Part shown: piece after piece, positions 1 to 9,999 of the stretch
How the letters are laid out: each line of letters opens with the position of its first letter
How positions within the stretch are numbered: position 1 is the stretch's first letter
Assembly (NCBI GenBank): GCA_963833505.1
Contig: CAWHYG010000007.1
Coordinates: forward strand, 402,996-466,995
Reading direction: 5' to 3'
DNA: 64,000 bases
Source: Candidatus Eiseniibacteriota bacterium
Lineage (GTDB): Bacteria; Eisenbacteria; RBG-16-71-46; CAIMUX01
The notes under the pieces: model-generated
The model's input: only the letters and a program-made list of their open reading frames with translations
The model's database searches: none
Told to the model about the DNA's origin: nothing
Translations under genes and position numbers: made by a program

Positions 1-352
1 CGAGCATCTGGCGATGGAAGAGGAGACAGAGGCGACCGGCGCGGGTGAGATGCCGGGCGACGGTGGAGTGGGAGACGTCGAGGGATCGGGCAATCTGGCG
101 GACGCCGCCACCGGCGACGGAGAGCCGGGTGATGAGGGCAAAGAGGTCCCATCGATGGAGCCAGTAGGTGGCGGCGAAGGTACGGGCGGTGAAAGTGCGG
201 CGGCAGGCCTGGCACTGGAAGCGAGGGATGGGGCGGGACCAGGCGGGGGACTTGTAGAAACCCCAATGGAAGTACTGCCAGTCGCGGTGAGGCCGATAGA
301 AGCGGCAGCGTCGATTGGGGCAATGGGACGGGCGGAAGCGACCGGCCGGCAT
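1..352 (-). CDS. IS-element transposase, N-terminal fragment (zinc-ribbon + HTH, ISL3-like); the ORF runs off the window start
   Basis: My own minus-strand translation from the ATG at 352 reads MPAGRFRPSHCPNRRCRFYRPHRDWQYFHWGFYKSPAWSRPIPRFQCQACRRTFTARTFAATYWLHRWDLFALITRLSVAGGGVRQIARSLDVSHSTVARHLTRAGRLCLLFHRQML. It has no stop before position 1. CxxxxC and RFxCxxC zinc-finger motifs followed by an HTH (IARSLDVSHSTVARHL) are typical of ISL3-type transposase N-termini. It is absent from the ORF track because it lacks a stop in the window. The family assignment is from memory only. Confidence 0.5.
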   Translation of the reverse strand, partial: MPAGRFRPSHCPNRRCRFYRPHRDWQYFHWGFYKSPAWSRPIPRFQCQACRRTFTARTFAATYWLHRWDLFALITRLSVAGGGVRQIARSLDVSHSTVARHLTRAGRLCLLFHRQML

Positions 353-593
353 GCGGATGACGGGGCCGGGAGCTCCACGGCCCCGGGGCTTCGGAGCTTC
401 CTCTGTTCGCGGCAGATTACCAGCCCGGCCGGCTGGGCTATGAAGACGTCGAAGGGGCGACACGGGGGTGAGTCGTGCCAGAGCCATGCCGTTCCGACGG
501 CCCCGTCGGCGATTCACGGTCAGGTGTCGGCATGTCCAACGGGACGCGGAAGTTCCGCTCCCAGAACCCACAGAAATCGCGCCATAATCGGGG

Positions 594-3500
594 GTGTACC
601 GTCTTGCCGGGGAGAACACATTGTCGCAACCGTCCCACCGCCGGTATACACCGGTTGCTTCCCTGACCCGCCGTGCCGACCGGCACACCGCTCGCGTGCG
701 GGACTCCGTGACCGGGCGCCTCCTCATCCGCAAGACGGCTCCCATGGGGGAGATGCAGCGGGAGTTGCACTGCTTGCTGGCGCTGCCTGCCGGCGTCGGC
801 CCCGAGGTCCTCGACATCGCGTGGGACGGCCGGTCCCTCCTGGAGGCCTGTCTCTCCGAGGCACCCGGGGAAGACCTCGGGACGGCGGCGGGCACCACGG
901 GCCCCGAGCACGTTCCGAGGATCGCCCGGGCCGTCTGCCAGGCGCTGATCCACGTTCACCGGGCCGGCTGGGTTCATTCCGATGTGAAACCCGAGAACAT
1001 CCAGGTTTTCCGCCGCGCTCCGAAGGCGGCCTCGGGCGCCGCCGAGATCTCGATCCGGCTCCTGGATTTCGGATTCGCCTTCGATCGCTTCAGCGCCAGC
1101 GGCGAACGGCCGGCCGGCGGCACGCCTCCCTACTGGGCGCCGGAGCTTCAAGAGGGCTGGATCATCGATGGGAGGACCGACCTGTACTCGCTCGGCGTCA
1201 CTTTGCGGCGTCTCCATCCCGGACTGGTGGAGGATTCCCGGTGGCAGCCGATCCTGGAAAGGCTGGGTCAAGAGAGCCCCGCCAGAAGATTCCCCGACGC
1301 AGTGGCCTTGCGCGATGAGCTTGAGGCGGTCTTCGGTCTGGAACCGGCCCCGGACCGGTTCGCCTCCGTCTGGAGTGGTCCGATGCAGGGAAGAGGCGAT
1401 GTCCTGGATCAGCTCAGGACGAGGATCTGCGCCGGCCCCAAAGCCCGTTGCCTCGTTCACGCCCGTCCTGGGACGGGGCTGAGCCGCTTCCTGCGCGAGA
1501 CCGTGCTCGCGGTGGCCGCTGCGGGCGGGCCGCCCTTGCACCTGATCGACCTATCCGGGGTGGAGGAACCGGCGGAGTGGGCCGGGGCCATGGACCTCCT
1601 CGGTCGCCTGCGCCGGGCCCGAGGAGCGATCCTGGTCGGTCTGAGCGACCCGACTCCCGACTGCTGGTGGACGCCGGAGCCTTCGCGTTCCGTGCTCCTC
1701 CGGGCGATCGGGAACGACGCCTGGGAGAAGCTCTTCCTTGCGCCGCTGGGGGCAGGGTCCTTCTGCGATGCTGCGACCAGTTCCACCGGATCCTCGGATC
1801 CTCGAATCGCGAGCTTCGCCCATTCCATGGCCCGGGAAACCGACTGCGACTTCAAGTGCGCGGCCGGCGCGTTCCGGGAGCTCCTGCAGCGGCGGGGCCA
1901 TGAAGTCGGACTCGCCTGGAGGATTGACGATCCTCCGGGAGAGGAGGCAACCGATCCGATCGTTCCGGCTCGGCCTCCCTTTCCGGCGGATCTGCCGGGG
2001 GAGCTGAAGGACGCGCTTCGTATCTGCGCGCGGGCAGGATTCTCCTTCCCCGAATCGCTCTGCCGGGAGTCGTTGGAGAAGTCCGGCCAGGCGGACCTGA
2101 TCCCGCCGCTTCTGGAACGCGCCTGCCTTCTGGCCGCTGGAGGGCGGCTGCAGTTCGTCACCCGGGGGCTGTGGCGCGAGGCTCTGGCGGATTCTCCGCC
2201 GGACGCCACCGCGATCGATGCCTGGTTGAACGAACGGCAGTCGCCGGACGCCGATCGCATCGAGGAGACAATCTTCCTGTCCGAACGGGCCCGGGCGCTG
2301 GGCGACAGAGGCGGGGAGAGGCGTTTGCTTTCATCGGCGCTGGCGCGAGCGGATCGCGAGCTTCGCGCGCCGGACATCCTGCGGCTCGCCGCCTATCCGC
2401 TAGAGCCGCCGGAGCAGTGGACGATACCGGCCGTGGTCGCCTCGGCCGCGAAGTTGCAGGAGATCGTGGGCCCTCCCTGGAGCGCCGACCGCATCCTCGT
2501 CTCCGTCGCCGTGGCCTTGTTCATGTCGGGAACGAAGACGGGATTGGAGCTGCTGCACCGGGCGGCGCAAAGCCCGGAAGCGGCGACGGCGGTTCGCGCC
2601 CGTTTTTTCCTGGCGGACAGGATCGCGGAGAATGTCAAAGACCCCGGTTTCGACGACCATCTGGAATTCCTGCGGGCCGCGGAAGGCACGCCGGCGGGCA
2701 TGCATCCGGGGACGACGGAGCACCTCGCCGCGCGACGGCGCTGGGTGGCCGGCGAGTACGATCGGGCCAGGGAACTGGGCCGGATCGCGCTCGAGAAACT
2801 CCGGGGGAGCGGTGAGGTCCTGGAGACGATCACCGCCCAGAATCTGGCCTTCTGCCTGTTCTTCGACGCACCGACGGAAGCCGTTTCCGTCGTGGAAGAC
2901 GCCCTCCTCGTGGCCCGGGCACCCGATCATCGGGCCCAGCTTCATCGCACCCTCGCCGACTTGTGCCTTCGCCTGGGTCTGTACAACGAGGCCGAGAGGT
3001 GGGCTGATTTGGGGCTGGCGGAGGCCGGCCCCGCGGTTTCTCCCGCGAGGCTCCTGAACCTTCGCAGCAAGCGCGCCGCGGCCCGCGCAGACCTCGACCG
3101 GATCGATTCCGCCCTGGAAGAGGCGCGGGCCATTCTCAACCTACCGGCCACGCGTTTGAAGGCCGAACTTCGCGTGGACGCGCGCGCGCTGGTGGCCTAC
3201 TGCCACTTGCACCGCGGCCGGGCGCAGGCGGCCATTCGGGAACTGGTCCAGGCCTGCCGGGACGCGGACGATCCCGCGGTCGGGATCAAGTCCACTCCGG
3301 TGCGAAAACTCGTGGATGCATTGCTGGATGCGGAATCCGAGCATCTGCTGGAGGATCTGGTCGGGTTCGTGGAGCCCCTCGTCCCCGGCGTCGACACTCC
3401 GGACCTTCAGTCCACTCCCGCGCGCTACCACGCCCTGCGGATGCAGAACGCGGGCGACCATGATGGGGCCGCGAACCTGCTGCTGTCCCGCAAGTGCACA

Positions 3501-3836
3501 CTGAACCTGAGCCACCGCAGTCTTCTCGCCCGATATGTCCATCAGCTCGCGCTGCTTCGCCTGCGGCAGGCGAAGCGCTCGACTCCGGCGGCCCCCGAGC
3601 TGGCGAGGGAGGCACGGAGCCTTTTCCAGGAGGAGCTGGCCACCTGTCCCGCGGTCGGCCAAGGCTACAATCGCGCCCGGGCGCTCCTGGGTCTGGCCCG
3701 GGCCGAATTCGCCTGTGGAAACCGCGAGGACGCGGCCCTGTCCATCTCCCGCGCGATTTCGACGGCTGAGTCGATCGAGGCGCTCGGGGTGGTGGCCGAC
3801 TGTCTGAAGGCCAAGACGGAGTTCCAGTTGATCTGA
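594..3836 (+). CDS. Ser/Thr protein kinase with a C-terminal STAND/AAA_16-like NTPase (degenerate P-loop GTGLSR) and TPR-like region (PknK-like architecture)
   Basis: Kinase motifs HSDVKPENIQV, DFGFA and GTPPYWAPE sit in the N-terminal 300 aa. The following GRGDVLDQL...ARPGTGLSRFL resembles AAA_16. The long helical repeat C-terminus is about 1080 aa in total. The start is GTG 594 with weak ribosome-binding-site support. Confidence 0.8.
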   Translation: MYRLAGENTLSQPSHRRYTPVASLTRRADRHTARVRDSVTGRLLIRKTAPMGEMQRELHCLLALPAGVGPEVLDIAWDGRSLLEACLSEAPGEDLGTAAGTTGPEHVPRIARAVCQALIHVHRAGWVHSDVKPENIQVFRRAPKAASGAAEISIRLLDFGFAFDRFSASGERPAGGTPPYWAPELQEGWIIDGRTDLYSLGVTLRRLHPGLVEDSRWQPILERLGQESPARRFPDAVALRDELEAVFGLEPAPDRFASVWSGPMQGRGDVLDQLRTRICAGPKARCLVHARPGTGLSRFLRETVLAVAAAGGPPLHLIDLSGVEEPAEWAGAMDLLGRLRRARGAILVGLSDPTPDCWWTPEPSRSVLLRAIGNDAWEKLFLAPLGAGSFCDAATSSTGSSDPRIASFAHSMARETDCDFKCAAGAFRELLQRRGHEVGLAWRIDDPPGEEATDPIVPARPPFPADLPGELKDALRICARAGFSFPESLCRESLEKSGQADLIPPLLERACLLAAGGRLQFVTRGLWREALADSPPDATAIDAWLNERQSPDADRIEETIFLSERARALGDRGGERRLLSSALARADRELRAPDILRLAAYPLEPPEQWTIPAVVASAAKLQEIVGPPWSADRILVSVAVALFMSGTKTGLELLHRAAQSPEAATAVRARFFLADRIAENVKDPGFDDHLEFLRAAEGTPAGMHPGTTEHLAARRRWVAGEYDRARELGRIALEKLRGSGEVLETITAQNLAFCLFFDAPTEAVSVVEDALLVARAPDHRAQLHRTLADLCLRLGLYNEAERWADLGLAEAGPAVSPARLLNLRSKRAAARADLDRIDSALEEARAILNLPATRLKAELRVDARALVAYCHLHRGRAQAAIRELVQACRDADDPAVGIKSTPVRKLVDALLDAESEHLLEDLVGFVEPLVPGVDTPDLQSTPARYHALRMQNAGDHDGAANLLLSRKCTLNLSHRSLLARYVHQLALLRLRQAKRSTPAAPELAREARSLFQEELATCPAVGQGYNRARALLGLARAEFACGNREDAALSISRAISTAESIEALGVVADCLKAKTEFQLI

Positions 3837-3944
3837 TCGAGCGTTTGAAGATCCCCCGCTCCTGTGCGCCGGCGCGGATCCGGTCCAAGCATCCTCGGGT
3901 GCGACCAATTCTCAGTATAACTCCCTGCCGTGAAGAAACAATCC

Positions 3945-3974
3945 TTGCAACATGACTTGTCGATTGTGTATGCT
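3945..3974 (+). promoter_or_regulatory. sigma70-like promoter candidate TTGCAA-N18-TATGCT in a locally AT-rich stretch upstream of the beta-helix gene
   Basis: TTGCAA is at 3945-3950 and TATGCT at 3969-3974. This is the only AT-rich patch in the 240 bp intergenic region. The gene starts at 4076. Confidence 0.35.
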
Positions 3975-4075
3975 ATTTTTCAGCAGGTTTGAGGAGACCG
4001 CAAACCACGACAAGCGGAGACGGGGTCCACCGGGCAGGTCGCTCCGCACCCGGCCGCCTCCGGAAGGAGGGTGAG

Positions 4076-5554
4076 ATGTCCGCGCGATCCACGGTCTGGT
4101 TCCTTCTGGCATTGTTTGGCTCCGCCGGCTCCGCTTCGGCCACGGTGTATACCGTCCGGCCGGACGGACAAGGGCTCTACCCGACGATCCAATCCGCCAT
4201 CAACGCTGCTACCAACGGGGACGTCGTGCAGCTCGCCGACGGCGTGTTCTCGGGGGACGGAAACCGCGACCTGGACTTCAAGGGGAAGCAGATCGCGGTC
4301 GAATCCGCGTCCGGCGATCCGACCCGCTGCTCCATCGACTGCCAGGGAAGCTCCACCGATCCGCACCGGGGGTTCTACTTCCACACCTCCGAGCACACGG
4401 GCTCGCAGGTGATCGGCTTGACGGTCATGAACGGCTGGGAGGCGGCGGAGGGCAGCGCCGTGCTTGTTGCCAGCGCGAAACCCACCCTGAACAACTGCAT
4501 CTTCCGGGACGGCTACGGCGCGGCCGTGACCATCGATCCTTCGGGTTCTCCGGTGATCGAGAACTGCCAGTTCGTGCACAACCATAACGACTGGCAGGGA
4601 GGTGCCCTCTCCATCGTCGGCGGCAACCCCTCGATCAGCGGGTGCGTCTTCTCCCAGAACGATTCCGGGAATTCGGGAGGAGCCGTCTATTGCTCGAGCC
4701 CGGGCCAGACCACTTTCACGGACTGCCAGTTTCTGGACAGCTCGGCGGGTTACGACGGCGGAGCGATCTTCCACGACCAGGACGGGACCGTCCTGCTCAC
4801 GCGCTGCCTCTTCGTGGGCAACACCACCACCGGCCACGGAGGCGGCGTGAACGTCGGGGATGAGGGATGGCTCGACTGCGAGCAGTGCACCTTTGCGGAC
4901 AACACGTCGACCACGGGCGGTTCGGCGCTCAACCTGGATCCCGGCTCGGTCATCATCGTCCACTTCACGATCTTCGCGTTCGGAACCTACGGAGCCGCGA
5001 TCGACTGCCATGATCCGACTTCCATGGTCTTCTCCTGCACCGACATCTACGGCAATGTCGGCGGCGACTGGGGTGGTTGCATCGCGCCCTTTGAAAATCA
5101 GGACAACAACTTCTCCGCGGATCCGCTGTTCTGCGGGAATCTCAATCCCGATGAGCCCTGGTCGCTTCAGGACATCTCCCCCTGCGCGCCCGGACACGGC
5201 GCGTGCGGCATCGTCGGCGCCTATCCCGTCGGCTGTGGGGTGACCGCGGTTCCCGGGGCGCCGAAGCTCACGACGCTCGAGCTCGGGCCGATCTCGCCGT
5301 CGCCCTGTCGGGCTGAGGCCGCGATCGGGTTTTCGATTCCGTCCGGCTCGGCGCGTGAGGTCACTCTCGCGGTTTTTGACTCCGGCGGCCGCCGGACGCG
5401 CGCACTCGCCGTGGGCATGGTTGAGCCGGGCGTCCATCGGGTCGTCTGGGACGGAAGGGACGGAGCTGGAGTCGCCGCGCCGGCCGGCCTTTACTTCGTT
5501 CGCCTGGAGTGCGGCGGCGAGACGCGCGTGGGCAGGATCCTGCGGATCCGGTGA
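4076..5554 (+). CDS. secreted right-handed parallel beta-helix repeat protein with a T9SS-type C-terminal sorting domain
   Basis: The ribosome-binding site GGAAGGAGG lies 6 nt before the ATG at 4076. The signal peptide is MSARSTVWFLLALFGSAGSASA. Repeated NxxGGAxxxxSSxxxTxCxF beta-helix motifs follow. The C-terminus EVTLAVFDSGGRRTRAL...VVWDGRDGAGVAAPAGLYFVRLECGGETRVGRILRIR matches the Por secretion tail pattern. Confidence 0.8.
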   Translation: MSARSTVWFLLALFGSAGSASATVYTVRPDGQGLYPTIQSAINAATNGDVVQLADGVFSGDGNRDLDFKGKQIAVESASGDPTRCSIDCQGSSTDPHRGFYFHTSEHTGSQVIGLTVMNGWEAAEGSAVLVASAKPTLNNCIFRDGYGAAVTIDPSGSPVIENCQFVHNHNDWQGGALSIVGGNPSISGCVFSQNDSGNSGGAVYCSSPGQTTFTDCQFLDSSAGYDGGAIFHDQDGTVLLTRCLFVGNTTTGHGGGVNVGDEGWLDCEQCTFADNTSTTGGSALNLDPGSVIIVHFTIFAFGTYGAAIDCHDPTSMVFSCTDIYGNVGGDWGGCIAPFENQDNNFSADPLFCGNLNPDEPWSLQDISPCAPGHGACGIVGAYPVGCGVTAVPGAPKLTTLELGPISPSPCRAEAAIGFSIPSGSAREVTLAVFDSGGRRTRALAVGMVEPGVHRVVWDGRDGAGVAAPAGLYFVRLECGGETRVGRILRIR

Positions 5555-5689
5555 GTGCGTGCCGGTGCACTGCTGGACCTGGTTGTGGCGATCAAGGGTC
5601 GGCCCTCAATCATGGGTCAGGCGGGCGATCCGCCGGAGTGTCGGCCCGGTCTCGAGTCCTGGTGTCGAGCATCGATTTTGGAGGCGCCC

Positions 5690-8188
5690 ATGTCTATGAC
5701 GCAACGCGGCCTTCTGGACAGGTTTTTCCAGGCGTTCGCCCTCAGGTTTGGTGTTCTGCTCGCGTTGATGATCGCCGCGGGCGTGTTTCCCGCCCAGGCG
5801 AAGATCCAGTTTGCCCCGCTCTATGAGTTCATCTACTTGGGACTTGGCAACAACAACCCGAAGGCCGTCGTCGTCGCCGACGTGAACGGGGACGGGGTTC
5901 CGGATCTGCTTGCGCCCGACGTGACGAACCGCGTGGTGTGGGTCATGCTGGGCTATGGACAAGGGACCTTCGGGGGCAGCAACGGGTTCTACACCGGAAA
6001 CGGTCCCACCGCCGTGACCGTCGGTGATTTCAACGGAGACGGAAAACCCGACCTGGCGGTGGCGGACGTGAACGACAACAACGTGACGGTGCTGGTCGGG
6101 AACGGAGACGGGACCTTCACCTTCCGGGGCATCTATGCGACCGGGCAAGCGCCCGAATCCATCGCCACCGCGGACTTCAACCAGGACGGGAAGCTGGATC
6201 TGGTGGTCGCGAACGGCGGCAGCTCCTCGGTGTCCGTGCTCTTCGGGATTGGAAACGGGACCTTCGCCGCCAAGACCGACTATCCGACCGGGCGTGGTAC
6301 CAGCTTCGTGACCGTTACGGACGTGAACGGCGACGGACTCTGGGACCTGGCGGTGGCGAACTCCTACGACAACACGGTTTCGATCCTCCTGGGAGACGGG
6401 AAGGGCGCCTTCGGTTCGCGTCAGAACTTTGCGACCGGAGGCGGTCCGAACTTCGTCGGCGCGGCTGACCTGAACGGAGACGGGCGGCCCGACCTCATCG
6501 TGACGAATTCGACCGACAACACCCTGTCGATCCTCCTGGGCGATGGAGATGGAACCTTCGCTCCTCACCAGGATTATGACACCGGGCGCGAGCCCGACTG
6601 CGTGGCGGTTGGAGATCTGAACCGGGATGGGAAGCTCGATCTGGCGGTGAGCTGTTGGGGGAGCAACACCTTGGAGGTGTTTGAAGGCATCGGGAACGGG
6701 ACCTTCACCGCTTTCCAGCAGTATGCGACGCGCAGCGACCCGTCCTACCTCGCCATGGCGGACCTGACGGGCGATGGACTCCTCGATGTCGTGACCGCGA
6801 ACTACGGGGATGGCACCCTCTCGGTGTTCCCCGGCAAGGGCGATGGGACCCTGACTCCATGGGTCGCCTACACGACCGGAACCTTCCCGCACTGGGCGGC
6901 CTTCGGGGACCTGAACGGCGACGGCATTCCGGACCTCGTGACCCCCAACTGGGGGGACAATACGCTGTCCGTCCTCATGGGCGCCGGGGACGGGACCTTC
7001 GGGCCGCAGACCACCTATCCGACGGGGGTCATTCCGATCTCGGCCGCGATCGGCGATGTGAACGGGGACGGGAACCAGGACGTCGTGATCTTGAACCGCC
7101 ACGACGTGACTCTGTCCGTCTACCTCGGAGACGGGCACGGCAACCTGGGATGGCCCCACGACTACGCGACGGGCGCCGATCCACACTATCTTCTCATGAC
7201 GGACCTGAACGGAGACGGCCATCCGGATCTTGTCACGGCCAACACCGGAGACAACACGATCTCTGTACTCCTCAACAACAAAGATGGGACCTTCGCGTCG
7301 AAGCAGGACCTGGCAGCGGGCGTAGGCCCCAACTTCATCGCCGAGGGCGACTTCAATCACGACGGCCTCCCGGATCTGGCCGTGACCGATTGGTACGGCA
7401 ATCAGGTGTCGATCCTTCTGGGGAGGCCCCTCAAGGGCACGTTTTCGCCGCTCCATTCCTATGCCACGGGCAAGAACCCGAACTCGGTCGCCGTCGGGGA
7501 CTTGAACGGAGACGGCAAGCTCGACCTGGCTGTGTCCAACTACTCGAACAACAGCGTGTCGGTACTCTTCGGCAACGGCGACGGGACATTCGGGACCAAC
7601 CAGGAGCAGAAGATCGGAATCGGGCCCAGTTGTGCGGTCATCGGCGATCTCGACGGGGACGGGTACCCGGATCTCGCCGTGGCCTGCGGCGATGGGGATA
7701 TGGTCTCCATCCTGCCCGGCAACGGGGACGGTTCCTTCGGAACGAGGCTCGAGTATGCAAACGGCGACGACCCGGTCGGCATGACGCTGGCGGACTTGAA
7801 CGGGGACGGCAGGCCGGATCTGACGACTCCCAATTTCGGCACGAACAACGTCACCGTCCTGATGAACGTCAGCGCGGGGCCGTCCGGTGTCCCGCCGCAC
7901 GCGTCCTTCCCGGCGTTCCGGTTGGCGGCGGCGCGGCCGAATCCGTCCCGAGGACCGATCCTGCTCGATTTCTCCCTGCCGGCCGCGGCCCGCGCGCGGA
8001 TGGTGGTCTACGACGCGGAGGGGCGACTGATCCGCACCGTTCTCGACGGCGCGCTGGGCTCCGGCGCTCATTCCCTGACCTGGGACGCCCGGAACGAACG
8101 CGGCGAGCAGGTCCCGGCGGGCGTCTACTATTACGAGCTACGGGCGGCCGGGCATCGCGCCGGAAAGCACCTTGTGATGCTCCGGTAG
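5690..8188 (+). CDS. FG-GAP/VCBS repeat protein (integrin-alpha-like beta-propeller repeats) with a T9SS-type C-terminal sorting domain
   Basis: There are more than 15 repeats of the form GDxNGDGxPDLxVxN...VSVLLGNGDGTF. The signal peptide is MSMTQRG...LALMIAAGVFPAQA, with an ATG at 5690 after GGAGG. The C-terminus ARMVVYDAEGRLIRTV...SLTWDARNERGEQVPAGVYYYELRAAGHRAGKHLVMLR matches the sorting domain. Confidence 0.85.
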   Translation: MSMTQRGLLDRFFQAFALRFGVLLALMIAAGVFPAQAKIQFAPLYEFIYLGLGNNNPKAVVVADVNGDGVPDLLAPDVTNRVVWVMLGYGQGTFGGSNGFYTGNGPTAVTVGDFNGDGKPDLAVADVNDNNVTVLVGNGDGTFTFRGIYATGQAPESIATADFNQDGKLDLVVANGGSSSVSVLFGIGNGTFAAKTDYPTGRGTSFVTVTDVNGDGLWDLAVANSYDNTVSILLGDGKGAFGSRQNFATGGGPNFVGAADLNGDGRPDLIVTNSTDNTLSILLGDGDGTFAPHQDYDTGREPDCVAVGDLNRDGKLDLAVSCWGSNTLEVFEGIGNGTFTAFQQYATRSDPSYLAMADLTGDGLLDVVTANYGDGTLSVFPGKGDGTLTPWVAYTTGTFPHWAAFGDLNGDGIPDLVTPNWGDNTLSVLMGAGDGTFGPQTTYPTGVIPISAAIGDVNGDGNQDVVILNRHDVTLSVYLGDGHGNLGWPHDYATGADPHYLLMTDLNGDGHPDLVTANTGDNTISVLLNNKDGTFASKQDLAAGVGPNFIAEGDFNHDGLPDLAVTDWYGNQVSILLGRPLKGTFSPLHSYATGKNPNSVAVGDLNGDGKLDLAVSNYSNNSVSVLFGNGDGTFGTNQEQKIGIGPSCAVIGDLDGDGYPDLAVACGDGDMVSILPGNGDGSFGTRLEYANGDDPVGMTLADLNGDGRPDLTTPNFGTNNVTVLMNVSAGPSGVPPHASFPAFRLAAARPNPSRGPILLDFSLPAAARARMVVYDAEGRLIRTVLDGALGSGAHSLTWDARNERGEQVPAGVYYYELRAAGHRAGKHLVMLR

Positions 8189-8263
8189 GGTCCAGCCGCG
8201 GCTCTACCAGGCGGACTCTGGCCGCGACTATGGAACGACCCCTCAGTCAAGCTCTGAGTGTCG

Positions 8264-8311
8264 GGGGCGATCTTCATCGGTTTGAGGAGGATCGCCCCTT
8301 CTCCTCTCTTC
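8264..8311 (+). terminator. hairpin GGGGCGATC...GATCGCCCC followed by a T/C-rich run, between convergent genes
   Basis: The 9 bp inverted repeat is at 8264-8272 and 8290-8298, followed by TTCTCCTCTCTTC. Confidence 0.4.
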
Positions 8312-8414
8312 GCGCGGGGCATGAAGGTCGGGAAGGCGCTGGGGGACGCAAGAAGGCGATCCCCCGGAAAGAGAGGATCGCCTCAAGCCCGAGCCGCGAT
8401 CAAGAGCACTCAGA

Positions 8415-9887
8415 TCAACGCGTCCGCACCACGCGTTCCGAGACCGCTCCGGCGGGTGTCTGCAACCGAGTGAAGTAGACGCCGTTCGGCAGCTCGCGTC
8501 CGGAATCGTCGCGCCCGTTCCACAGCACCGCATGGTCTCCGGGTAGCTCCAACCGATCGACCAGGGTCGCGACCTGCCGGCCGAGCGGATCATGCACGGT
8601 CACGAGCACGTGGCCGGGCGCCAGGAGCGAATAGGCCAGGGAAGTCTCCGAGCTGAAGGGGTTCGGCCAGGACCGGCCGAGGATCAGGGATCGGGGAGCG
8701 GCTCCGGCGATGTCGATCTTGGGCGCGGTCGAACTCCAGCGAGCGATGAAGTTCACGCTGGTGCCGTCACCGGCGGAAAGGTAGCTGCCGCCCGCGACCA
8801 GCTCGCCCGTGGGCGGGAACGGGGCCAACGTCTGGACGTAGTACTCTCCGAGGCCGGTCCCGAGAGACGTCCAGCTCGTGCCGTCCCAGGCGGCGATGTC
8901 GATCGCGGCATTGCCGCCTGCCTGGGTAAAGGCGCCGCCGGCGATGAGCGCGCCGTTGTACACCGCAAGGCTGAAGATCGGGCCGTTCGTCCCCGGTCCC
9001 ACCGGTGCCCAGGAGCTGCCGTTCCAGGCGGCGATGAAGTTGGCGTTCTGACCGTCCATCTCGCTGAAGTCCCCGGCGGCGATCAGCTCACCGTTGAAGA
9101 CGGTCAACGCGTACACCGGTCGGTCCGCACCGGCTCCCAGCGCGCTCCAGGCCGTGCCATTCCATTTCGCAATATAGCTGGCGGGATTGGAGGCGGCGTT
9201 CTGGAACTCTCCGGCGGCGATGAGGAGGCTGTCCTGGAAGCTCGTGAGAGCCCAGACGGTACCATCCATGCCGTTCTTCGTCGCGACCGGCATCCGGCGC
9301 CAGCCAAGGGACGGGCTCCAGGCGGCGACGTGGTTCACGAGGGTGTAGTGCGCGGGGGGAGGGGTGGTGACCGAGTTCGAGTCCGCCTGGGTGAACAATC
9401 CGCCCGCCACCAGCAGTTTCTTGTAGGTGCACAGGGCGTAGATGTCGTTGTCCATGCCCCCGCTCAGCCGGGACCAGGTGGTCGAGGAGTCGCTCCAGGA
9501 AGCGATGCAGTTTGCGGGGACCGACAAACCGCCCGCGTTCGAGAAGTGGCCGCCTACATACAGGCGCGGCTGCTTGTTCGGTGAGTCCTGGTAGACCGCT
9601 TCCGCCCACACCCAGGCATTGGTTCCCTCCACCTTCGTCCCGCGATCCTTGAGGGGCGCCCATTTCGTGCCGTCCCAGGATGCGACATGGCTGGTCAGGA
9701 CCGTGTCGGTATCCGAAGGGCTGAAGACGGCAGTGAAATCGCCGCCCGCGAACAGTTTTCCATCGTAGTAGGTCAGAGAATTGACGGTGTAATTGGCTCC
9801 GGCGCCCAGAGCCCTCCAGGCGGCCCCCGCCGGATGGGCGGAAAGCAGAACCAACGCCACCCCAATGCCATAGACCGAAGCGCGCAC
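8415..9887 (-). CDS. secreted beta-propeller repeat protein (about 47 aa W/G-rich blades) with a T9SS-type C-terminal sorting domain
   Basis: Repeats such as IAAWDGTSWTSLGTG, AKWNGTAWSALGAG and IAAWNGSSWAPVGPG recur. The likely start is GTG at 9887 directly after a GGAGGGAGGGGG ribosome-binding site, giving the signal peptide VRASVYGIGVALVLLSAHPAGAA. The C-terminus NPFSSETSLAYSL...VLWNGRDDSGRELPNGVYFTRLQTPAGAVSERVVRTR matches the sorting domain. Confidence 0.75.
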   Translation of the reverse strand: MRASVYGIGVALVLLSAHPAGAAWRALGAGANYTVNSLTYYDGKLFAGGDFTAVFSPSDTDTVLTSHVASWDGTKWAPLKDRGTKVEGTNAWVWAEAVYQDSPNKQPRLYVGGHFSNAGGLSVPANCIASWSDSSTTWSRLSGGMDNDIYALCTYKKLLVAGGLFTQADSNSVTTPPPAHYTLVNHVAAWSPSLGWRRMPVATKNGMDGTVWALTSFQDSLLIAAGEFQNAASNPASYIAKWNGTAWSALGAGADRPVYALTVFNGELIAAGDFSEMDGQNANFIAAWNGSSWAPVGPGTNGPIFSLAVYNGALIAGGAFTQAGGNAAIDIAAWDGTSWTSLGTGLGEYYVQTLAPFPPTGELVAGGSYLSAGDGTSVNFIARWSSTAPKIDIAGAAPRSLILGRSWPNPFSSETSLAYSLLAPGHVLVTVHDPLGRQVATLVDRLELPGDHAVLWNGRDDSGRELPNGVYFTRLQTPAGAVSERVVRTR

Positions 9888-9999
9888 GCCCCCTCCCTCC
9901 TTCCAGGTCCGCGGTCGGACTCCACCCGGCATCGGCATCCTATACCCGCCGGCGGAAACCGCGCAACGATCGATCTCGGGCCCCGTCGGGCCCAAGTTC

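Noticed and set aside
14-1318. Plus-strand ORF of 434 aa rich in Gly, Glu and Ala
   Set aside because: It has low complexity, lies antisense to the transposase fragment and overlaps the kinase start. A composition-driven high-GC artefact.
5606-8071. Minus-strand ORF of 821 aa
   Set aside because: It is antisense to the FG-GAP gene and translates to Arg/Val/Gly-rich low-complexity sequence.
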